Assembly: GCA_964649205.1 (NCBI GenBank)
Contig: CAZYPM010000001.1
Coordinates: 1 to 58,344 of the forward strand
Reading direction: 5' to 3'
Source: an uncultured Steroidobacteraceae bacterium
GTDB lineage: Bacteria; Pseudomonadota; Gammaproteobacteria; Steroidobacterales; Steroidobacteraceae
Length of the DNA: 58,344 nucleotides
Shown here: in pieces, positions 44,037-51,285 of the stretch
Numbering within the stretch: the stretch's first letter is position 1
How the letters are laid out: each line of letters begins with the position of its first letter
Notes under the pieces: model-generated
The model's input: only the letters and a program-made list of their open reading frames with translations
Told to the model about the DNA's origin: nothing
Databases searched by the model: none
Made by a program: the position numbers and the translations under genes

Positions 44037-45068
44037 TCACGCTCTCCCCAGCAGCCAGACGCCAGCGGCGTAGCAGGCGACGATCAAGACGCTCCCGAAT
44101 CGCACCAGGCCGGCCCGCTCGCGCAGCCGCGCGAGGATCGTCATCACGCCGAGCGCGATGCACAGCACCGCGAGCAGCGCGCTCAACTGGTGTCCGGAAG
44201 ACACGTGGGCGAGCACCGGGCCCTTGACGTAGGCCAGGTCCATCATCGGCAGCACCAGCATGTTGAAGGCATTGCTGCCGAAGATGTTGCCGACCGCGAG
44301 ATCCACCGCGCCCATCCGCACGGCTGCGACGCTCGCGGCGATCTCCGGGAAGGAGGTCGTGAAGCCGACCAGCAGCGTGCCGACGAAGGTCTGGCTGAGA
44401 CCCGACTCGGCCGACACGGCCTCGGCCGCGACCACCAGCAGCGGCGCGACGATGGCGAGCCCGGCGCCGGCCGCCAGGAAGGCAGCGATCGCCCCCCGCA
44501 TCTCGCGTCGCGCAGGTTCTGGTGCGCGCGGGACCGCGGCGACCATCGCGTCCGGCGCCTCCCGCGTCATCAGGAAGACCATGCGCATGCCGGCCAGGTA
44601 GACCACGGCGATCACCAGCGTCTCGATGCCGATGAACCCGATGCGGCCGAGCCCGCCAGCCACGATCGCGACGCCCGCGATCGTCGTCAGCACGATCGCC
44701 AGCAGCCCGACCACCGCGTGGTGGACCGCCACGGACTGCAGCAGGTACCGGCGCGCATACACCAGGTCGAGCACCGCCAGGATCAGCATGTTCGCCAGCG
44801 TCGAGCCCATGAGGTCGCCGACGCCGATGTCCGGCGCATCCAGCAGCGCCGCATTGACGTCGGTCAGCACTTCCGGCAGCGAAGTCGCGGCGGCCAGCAG
44901 GATCATGCCGATCCAGGCACGCCCGAGTCCCGTCGTTTCGGCGATCACGTCGGCCGCGCGCGCGAGCCGCGACGCGACCAGGAACACCGCCACCCCGAGC
45001 AGCGCGAACGACGCAAGCGGCAGCCAGGTGCCATGTCCGGTCAGCAGCAGCAGCACCGATTCCTTCAT
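44037..45068 (-). CDS. Ca2+/cation antiporter (CaCA family, YrbG-like)
   Basis: 343-aa tail of ORF 44037..45866(-). Two alpha-repeats (ATSLPEVLTDV and TTSFPEIAASV...GNIFGSNAFN). ATGA overlap with the ATPase stop. Confidence 0.85.
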   Translation of the reverse strand: MKESVLLLLTGHGTWLPLASFALLGVAVFLVASRLARAADVIAETTGLGRAWIGMILLAAATSLPEVLTDVNAALLDAPDIGVGDLMGSTLANMLILAVLDLVYARRYLLQSVAVHHAVVGLLAIVLTTIAGVAIVAGGLGRIGFIGIETLVIAVVYLAGMRMVFLMTREAPDAMVAAVPRAPEPARREMRGAIAAFLAAGAGLAIVAPLLVVAAEAVSAESGLSQTFVGTLLVGFTTSFPEIAASVAAVRMGAVDLAVGNIFGSNAFNMLVLPMMDLAYVKGPVLAHVSSGHQLSALLAVLCIALGVMTILARLRERAGLVRFGSVLIVACYAAGVWLLGRA

Positions 45069-47668
45069 CCCCGCCCCCTCGTGACCTTCTTCTCCAGCTC
45101 CACGGCCAGCAGCACGAGCACGGCGCCCGCCACCGTCAGCCCGAACTCGGCGGCCGTGAGCGGCGCCGTGCCGAACAGCCGGTTGAGCGCCGGCAGGTAG
45201 ATGATCGCCAGCTGCAGCACGATCGCCACCATCACCGCGCCCAGCAATGGACGATTCGACCACAAACCGAGGGCCGCGAGCGACTCCCGTTCCGAGCGCA
45301 CGGCCAGCACGTGCCCGAGCTGCACGAAACACAGCATCGTGAACGCCACGGTCTGCCAGTGCGCCTGCGGCGCGCCGGCCTGCACGAACCAGGACTGCGC
45401 AGCGAGCGTCAGCGCGGCCATCAGCAGCCCGACCCAGATCACGTGCCTGCCCAGTCCGCGCGCGAATACGCCTTCCTGCGGCGGACGCGGCGGCCGCCGC
45501 ATCACCCCGCGTTCCGCCGGCTCCAGCGCGAGCGCGAGCCCGGGCAGCCCGTCGGTGACCAGGTTGATCCACAGGATCTGGATCGGCAGCAGCGGCACCG
45601 GCAGCCCGAGGAAGGGCGCCAGGAACAGGGTCCAGATCTCGGCCGAGTTGGTGGTGAGCTGGTAGCGGATGAAGCGCCGCAGGTTGTCGTAGATGCGCCG
45701 TCCCTCGCGCACCGCGCGCACCACGCTCGCGAAGTTGTCGTCGAGCAGCACCATCGCGCTCGCTTCCTTGGCCACGTCGGTGCCGGCGACGCCCATGGCC
45801 ACCCCGATGTCGGCCGCGCGCAGCGCGGGCGCGTCGTTCACGCCGTCGCCGGTCATCGCCACGCATTCGCCGCGGTCCTGCAATGCCTTGACGATCCTGA
45901 GCTTCTGCTCCGGCGAGGCGCGGGCATAGACGCGCAGGCTCCCGACCCGGCGCTCGAACTCCTCCGTCGTCAGCGCTGCCAGCTCCGGGCCGGTGATGAC
46001 CGAGGCCTCGTCAGTCGCAAGCCCGAGCTCGCGCGCGATTGCGAGCGCGGTAACCGGGTGGTCGCCCGTGATCATGACCGGCACGATGCCGGCGCTGCGG
46101 CAGTCCGCGATCGCGTCGCGGACTTCCGGCCGTGCCGGGTCGATCAGCCCGACCAGGCCGAGCAGGACCAGGTCGCGCTCGAGCGCTTCCGGTGCCAGGC
46201 TGTCCGGCGGCGCAGGCAATTCGCGCATGGCGACCGCGATGACGCGCAGCCCCTCCGCGGCCATGCGGCGCGCGGCGAGGTCGAGCTCCGCGCGGTCGGC
46301 CGCGGCCGGCCCCGCCTGCATGAGCACGCGCGCGGACTTCGCGATCACGACCTCGGGAGCGCCCTTGGTGATCGATCGGCAGCCATCGCCGGGCTCGCGG
46401 TGCACGGTCGTCATGCACTTGCGCTGCGCCTCGAACGGGATCTCGCCGATGCGCGGCCGCCTGGCCGACTCGCGCTCGCGCTCGAGGCCCGCCGCCTCGG
46501 CGGCCGCCAGCAGTGCGGTCTCGAGCGGGTCGCCGATCAGGCGGCCATTCGCGTCGGGCCGCGCGTCGTGGCTCACCGACATGGCCTCGAGCAGCGGCTC
46601 CCACGGGCCGCCGCGGCCCGGACTTTCGCGCCGCTCGCCATTGCACCACCAGGCGGCCACGCGCAGCTGGTTGGCCGTCAGCGTGCCGGTCTTGTCGGCG
46701 CAGATGAAAGTCACCGAGCCGAGCGTCTCGACCGCGGGCAGCCGCCGGATCAGCGCCCGGCGGGCGATCATGCTGCGCGCGCCGAGCGCGAGCGAGACCG
46801 TGACGACCGCCGGCAGCGCCTCCGGGATCGCCGCCACGGCGAGGCTGAGCGCCGTCAACAGCATCGTGAGCCAGGCCTCGCCGCGCAGCACGCCGGTCGC
46901 AAACACGATCGCGCAGATCAGCACCACCGCGAGCGCCAGCTGCCGGCCGAGCCGCGCGAGGCGGACCTGCAGCGGCGTCTGCGCGATGCGCACCTCGCGC
47001 AACAGCGCCGCGATGCGCCCGAACTCCGTGTGCATGCCGGTCGCGACGACCACGCCGCTGGCGCGGCCGCGGGTCACGAACGTGCCCTTGTGCAGCAGGT
47101 TGCTGCGCTCGGCGACCGCCAGGTCCGGCCGGTCGAGCGCCGCCACCGACTTGTCGACCGGTTCGGATTCTCCGGTCAGCGCCGACTCGTTGGTCCTGAG
47201 GCCCGCGGCCTCCAGCAGGCGCAGGTCGGCGGGCACGATGCTGCCCGCCTCCAGCAGCACGACGTCGCCCGGCACCAGCTCCGCCGCGGGGATCTGGCAC
47301 GGCGTTGCGTCGCGCAGCGCGACGGTGGTCGCCGCCGTCATCGCCCGCAGCGCCGCGAGCGCACGCTCCGCGCGCTGCTCCTGGGAGAACCCGATTGCGG
47401 CGTTCAGCGCCACGATGGCGAGGATCACGAGGGTGTCGATCGGGTCGCCGATGAATCCGGCGATCAGGGCCGCGCCCAGCAGCACCAGGATCGGCACGTC
47501 CAGGAACTGGGCGCCGAGCAGCGCCAGCCAGGAGCGCGGCGCCGCCTCGGCGATGACATTGGGCCCGTGTTCCGCGAGGCGCCGCCGCGCCTCCGCGCCG
47601 GCGAGACCCGCCGCCGAGGACCGCAGTCTCGCGAGCACCTGTTCCGGCGTGAGGCGATGCCAGGGCAT
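45065..47668 (-). CDS. Cation-transporting P-type ATPase (type II, Ca2+/Mg2+-like)
   Basis: 867 aa. TGESEPV, ICADKTGTLT (phospho-Asp), MITGDHPVTA, MTGDGVNDAPAL. Confidence 0.92.
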   Translation of the reverse strand: MPWHRLTPEQVLARLRSSAAGLAGAEARRRLAEHGPNVIAEAAPRSWLALLGAQFLDVPILVLLGAALIAGFIGDPIDTLVILAIVALNAAIGFSQEQRAERALAALRAMTAATTVALRDATPCQIPAAELVPGDVVLLEAGSIVPADLRLLEAAGLRTNESALTGESEPVDKSVAALDRPDLAVAERSNLLHKGTFVTRGRASGVVVATGMHTEFGRIAALLREVRIAQTPLQVRLARLGRQLALAVVLICAIVFATGVLRGEAWLTMLLTALSLAVAAIPEALPAVVTVSLALGARSMIARRALIRRLPAVETLGSVTFICADKTGTLTANQLRVAAWWCNGERRESPGRGGPWEPLLEAMSVSHDARPDANGRLIGDPLETALLAAAEAAGLERERESARRPRIGEIPFEAQRKCMTTVHREPGDGCRSITKGAPEVVIAKSARVLMQAGPAAADRAELDLAARRMAAEGLRVIAVAMRELPAPPDSLAPEALERDLVLLGLVGLIDPARPEVRDAIADCRSAGIVPVMITGDHPVTALAIARELGLATDEASVITGPELAALTTEEFERRVGSLRVYARASPEQKLRIVKALQDRGECVAMTGDGVNDAPALRAADIGVAMGVAGTDVAKEASAMVLLDDNFASVVRAVREGRRIYDNLRRFIRYQLTTNSAEIWTLFLAPFLGLPVPLLPIQILWINLVTDGLPGLALALEPAERGVMRRPPRPPQEGVFARGLGRHVIWVGLLMAALTLAAQSWFVQAGAPQAHWQTVAFTMLCFVQLGHVLAVRSERESLAALGLWSNRPLLGAVMVAIVLQLAIIYLPALNRLFGTAPLTAAEFGLTVAGAVLVLLAVELEKKVTRGRG

Positions 47669-47710
47669 CGCTCGATTATCGCCGACGCGGCCGGGCGCAG
47701 CCGCCTCTCG

Positions 47711-48133
47711 TCAGTCGCGGTTCACCAGCCACAGCCCCGCGAGGCAGAGCACGACGCCCGCCAGCTGCGCCGCCGTCAGCCGGTCCCTGAAGAAGAGCCA
47801 GCCCAGCGCGAGCAGCGCGATCGCGGCCGACGCCTGCGTCACGAGCGCGCCCAGCGAGACCGGGAAGCCGCTGCGGTACAGGAGGATGAAGGCGAAATCG
47901 ATCACGATGACGACGATCGCCAGCGCGGGCGCGGTCCAGTTGACCTGCGCGAAGTGTCCGCGGAACCCCGCATCCGACGGCGTCGCGAGCAGGATGCCGG
48001 CGCACAGCAGGCTGCCGAACACATAGGCCACGAACAGCGTCGCGATCGGGTGGGCGCCGGCCGGCATGAGCTTGGTGACGAGGTGGTAGGCGACGGTCGC
48101 CATGATGGCGAGCGCGAGCGCGAGGGTCAGCAT
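47711..48133 (-). CDS. Small EamA-like (half-size DMT) membrane protein
   Basis: 140-aa hydrophobic ORF with a single EamA-type repeat ending LCLAGLWLVNRD. Confidence 0.6.
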   Translation of the reverse strand: MLTLALALAIMATVAYHLVTKLMPAGAHPIATLFVAYVFGSLLCAGILLATPSDAGFRGHFAQVNWTAPALAIVVIVIDFAFILLYRSGFPVSLGALVTQASAAIALLALGWLFFRDRLTAAQLAGVVLCLAGLWLVNRD

Positions 48134-48148
48134 GAGGTGGTCTCCAGC

Positions 48149-49141
48149 TCAGGATTGGATTGCGGCCATCGGCGCATGCAGCGCGAGCAGCTGCGACCAT
48201 GCAGGCCGGGCAAACGCCTCGATCGCCAGGCGCAGCGGCGCGGAAGCGGCGGCCCGCTTGCGGGCGCTGTCGTCCGCGTAGGCGCTCTCCTTCCCGACCG
48301 GCGCCTTCGAATAGCGGCGCGCGACTTCGGCCATGCGCGCTTGCTCGCGCGCGCCGATCGCCAGCCCGAAATGCGGTGCGACCGCATCCCACACCGATGA
48401 CGGCAGTGACTGGTACGGCACCAGCCTGCCGCGGTCGTGCCCGAGGCGCGCCGCCGCCTCGCAAAAGGCGCCAAAAACGCGCGCGACGCGCTCCTCCGCC
48501 GACGCCGGCTCGCCTTGTGGCTGCACCACACGATAGAGCCGGCGCGCGGGCTCCTCGGATGCGCGCAGCCAGCCGGGCGGCTGCGCGAGCAGCGACACGC
48601 AGACCTCCACCGGATCGCGCAACGAAAGCACCCATGGCGCCCGCGGAAAGGCCTCCACCAGCAGCTCGCAGAACAGCGTGTTCCAGCTGCTGCACTTCAG
48701 CACCCACGGCCCGGCGGCATGGCGGGCAAAGGCCGCCCCCAGCGAACGCAGCGCGGCGACCAGGTCCTCGCGCGGCCAGCCGTGCGGCGGGAGCAGCAGC
48801 TCGTTGAACGGCAGCGGCTCCGCGTAGACCACCACGTCGAGTTCGCGCAGCAGCTGCGAGATGACAGTCGAGCCGCAACGCGCGACGTGGAAGACGATGC
48901 CGGCCGGGGCGGTCTCCGGCTCGGCCCTGCCGACGTCATCGCGACCGATGCGGGCGATGGATTCCTGCGCCGGGACGCGCGCGATGGTCTCCTGCATGAA
49001 GGCATCGCATAGCTCCGACGCGGGAATCCGGCGCAACGCCAGGTAGAGCCCGTCCGGCTGGAGGGCGGCGCGGGCCGGGAGCCAGGACTCGTGCGCGCCG
49101 TGCATCGGCCGAAGAAAGCACGAGGTAGCCGGGTGCGTCAA
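48149..49141 (-). CDS. Sulfotransferase-like protein (motif-level call)
   Basis: 330 aa. FHVARCGSTVISQLL resembles the 5'-phosphosulfate-binding loop, and LSLRDPVEVCVSLL resembles the 3'-phosphate-binding RDPxxxxxS motif of PAPS sulfotransferases. TTG 49141 or ATG 49105. Confidence 0.5.
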   Translation of the reverse strand: MTHPATSCFLRPMHGAHESWLPARAALQPDGLYLALRRIPASELCDAFMQETIARVPAQESIARIGRDDVGRAEPETAPAGIVFHVARCGSTVISQLLRELDVVVYAEPLPFNELLLPPHGWPREDLVAALRSLGAAFARHAAGPWVLKCSSWNTLFCELLVEAFPRAPWVLSLRDPVEVCVSLLAQPPGWLRASEEPARRLYRVVQPQGEPASAEERVARVFGAFCEAAARLGHDRGRLVPYQSLPSSVWDAVAPHFGLAIGAREQARMAEVARRYSKAPVGKESAYADDSARKRAAASAPLRLAIEAFARPAWSQLLALHAPMAAIQS

Positions 49142-49163
49142 GGAATGCTACCGTCCGCGCACG

Positions 49164-50339
49164 ATGCAATTCGCCGAATTCATCGCGCCATTCGACGCCG
49201 CCGCGTTCCGCGCCGAGTACTTCGGCAGGCGTCCGTTGCACATCCAGGGCAATGGCAGGGGCCGCCCGGAGATCCTCGACTGGCCGCGCTTCAATTCGGC
49301 GCTCGCCGTCACGCCGTACTGGAACGAGGACACGCTCAAGGTCTACTACCGCAGCCGCGCGGCGCTCAGGGAGAACTATTGCGACACCGCCGACCTGCGC
49401 GCCGGCACCCCCGCACCGGTCAACCCGGCCAAGGTCAAGGCGCTGCTCGGCCTGGGCGCGAGCCTGATCGCAAACCACCTGCATCGCGTCTGCCCGGAGG
49501 TCGCCGCCGTCGCCGGCATGCTCGAGCGCGAGTTTGCCGCGCGCGTCGCCGCGAACGCCTACTGCTCCTTCCAGGGCGTGCAGGCCTTCCAGACCCATTT
49601 CGACCTGCACGACGTGTTCGCGGTGCAGGTCGAGGGCGAGAAGACCTGGCACGTCTACGAGTCGCGCGCGGACACGCCGGTCAACCCGCTGCCGCCGGGC
49701 GACGAGATCGAGAAGTGGCTGACCGCCTCGCGCGGCAAGCTGCTGTTCGAGGCGCAGATGAAGCCGGGCGACATCCTCTACCTGCCGCGCGGGCAGTACC
49801 ATGATGCGCTGACCGGCGCGCAGGCTTCCCTGCACGTGACATTCGGCATCACGCCCGCGACCGGGCTCGCACTCTTCCCGCTGCTCGAGAAGACGCTCAC
49901 CCGGGAGTCCGGTTTCCGCGAGTACTTGCCGGACGCGCGTGACGGTGCCGCATTGCGCGAACGGCTCGCGGCGCTGGCGGAACGCGTGCAGGCGGTCATG
50001 ACCTCGCCTGCCTTTGCGGTCGACGTGATGAATCACCAGCGCGACCTCGCGCGCCGGCCCGCGGACTACGGCCTGCCGGCGCAACTGAAGACGACGTGGT
50101 ATTCCGTCGCCCGGCCGGCGCAGGTGGTGCGTCGCGATCAGGCCTACGTCGCTGCCTTCCAGGGCGGCGAGATCGCCCTGGGCGCCGACTGGCCGACCGT
50201 GGACTGGATGCTGAGGCAGCGCGTGTTCTCGCTCGAGGACGCCGCGGCCCGGCAGACCGGACTCGACCGCGCCGAATTCGAGCGCGACCTCGACAGGCTG
50301 ATCCGTGCCGGCGTCGTCGTTGAAACCGAGATGCGCTAG
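49164..50339 (+). CDS. JmjC / cupin-4 Fe(II)-2-oxoglutarate oxygenase-like protein
   Basis: 391 aa. QTHFDLHDVFAVQVEGEKTWHVY (HxD) and GDILYLPRGQYHDAL (distal His). The architecture resembles E. coli RoxA/YcfD, with a C-terminal helical domain. Confidence 0.7.
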   Translation: MQFAEFIAPFDAAAFRAEYFGRRPLHIQGNGRGRPEILDWPRFNSALAVTPYWNEDTLKVYYRSRAALRENYCDTADLRAGTPAPVNPAKVKALLGLGASLIANHLHRVCPEVAAVAGMLEREFAARVAANAYCSFQGVQAFQTHFDLHDVFAVQVEGEKTWHVYESRADTPVNPLPPGDEIEKWLTASRGKLLFEAQMKPGDILYLPRGQYHDALTGAQASLHVTFGITPATGLALFPLLEKTLTRESGFREYLPDARDGAALRERLAALAERVQAVMTSPAFAVDVMNHQRDLARRPADYGLPAQLKTTWYSVARPAQVVRRDQAYVAAFQGGEIALGADWPTVDWMLRQRVFSLEDAAARQTGLDRAEFERDLDRLIRAGVVVETEMR

Positions 50340-51192
50340 CCGCGCGGCCGGCGTCATGCTGGCCGCCGCCGTCGCCCTCGCGCCGGCCGAGGCGGGAGAC
50401 GATCCCGGGGTGACCGGCCTGCTGCCGCGCGCCGAGGCGGTGCCCGGCGGCGTCGTGATCGTTCCGCTCGAGGGCCCGCCGGACGCAGAGCCGGTCGTCA
50501 CGCTGGATGGCGCCCGCGCGATGGTGCTGCGCGACGGCGGGCGCTGGCTCGCAGTCGTCGGCATCCCGCTCGCGAGCCCGCCCGGCCGTCACGAGCTGGT
50601 GGTCGGGCGCGCCGGCGGGACCTCGCGGGTCGGCTTCGACGTCGCATCCAAGCAGTACGCCGTGCAGCGGCTCAAGGTGCCGCCGGCGCAGGTCGACCTG
50701 TCGAAACAGGACCTGGCGCGCGTCGAGGACGAACGACTGCGGATCCGCCGGGCCCTGACCACCTACTCAGCATCGCCGCCCGATACCTTGCGGCTGCTGC
50801 AGCCGACGCAGGGTCCGCGCTCGAGCTCCTTCGGGCTGCGCCGGTTCTTCAACGACCAGGCGCGCAGCCCGCACAGCGGCATGGACATCGCCGCGCCGTC
50901 CGGCAGCCCGGTGCTCGCCGCGGCCGCTGCGACCGTCGTCGACGTCGGCGATTACTTCTTCAACGGCAACACGGTCATCCTCGACCACGGGGCGGGACTG
51001 GTGACGATGTACTGCCACCTCAGCCGGGTGCTGGTGAAGCCCGCCCAGCGCCTGGCCGCGGGCGAGCGCATCGGCGACGTCGGCGCCACCGGCCGGGTCA
51101 CCGGCGCGCACCTGCACTTCGGCGTCGTGCTGAACGGCGCGATGGTGGATCCGGCGCTCTTCCTGCCGGCCGAGGTCGACTTGACCGAGTAG
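50305..51192 (+). CDS. M23-family metallopeptidase (secreted)
   Basis: HSGMDIAAPSGSPV, NTVILDHGAGLVTMYCHL, GATGRVTGAHLHFGV. GTG 50305 (overlaps the preceding gene by 35 nt) or ATG 50356. Confidence 0.88.
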   Translation: MPASSLKPRCASRAAGVMLAAAVALAPAEAGDDPGVTGLLPRAEAVPGGVVIVPLEGPPDAEPVVTLDGARAMVLRDGGRWLAVVGIPLASPPGRHELVVGRAGGTSRVGFDVASKQYAVQRLKVPPAQVDLSKQDLARVEDERLRIRRALTTYSASPPDTLRLLQPTQGPRSSSFGLRRFFNDQARSPHSGMDIAAPSGSPVLAAAAATVVDVGDYFFNGNTVILDHGAGLVTMYCHLSRVLVKPAQRLAAGERIGDVGATGRVTGAHLHFGVVLNGAMVDPALFLPAEVDLTE

Positions 51193-51285
51193 CGATTTCC
51201 GGCCGATGCCCGGGATTTTTCTGCGACCGGGTTAACGCTTGGGCGTCCCGCCCCACCAGCCCGGCGGCCTCCTCCGTCACACTGC

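Noticed and set aside
45311-48400. A 1029-aa ORF on the plus strand opposite the P-type ATPase and the EamA-like gene
   Set aside because: It is antisense to a complete P-type ATPase (DKTGT and GDGVNDAP motifs present). The composition is typical of spurious GC-rich frames.
51197-51220. A possible terminator after the M23 peptidase gene (ttccggccgatgcccggga followed by ttttt)
   Set aside because: The stem is only 4-5 bp with a mismatch or bulge, too weak to call from sequence alone.
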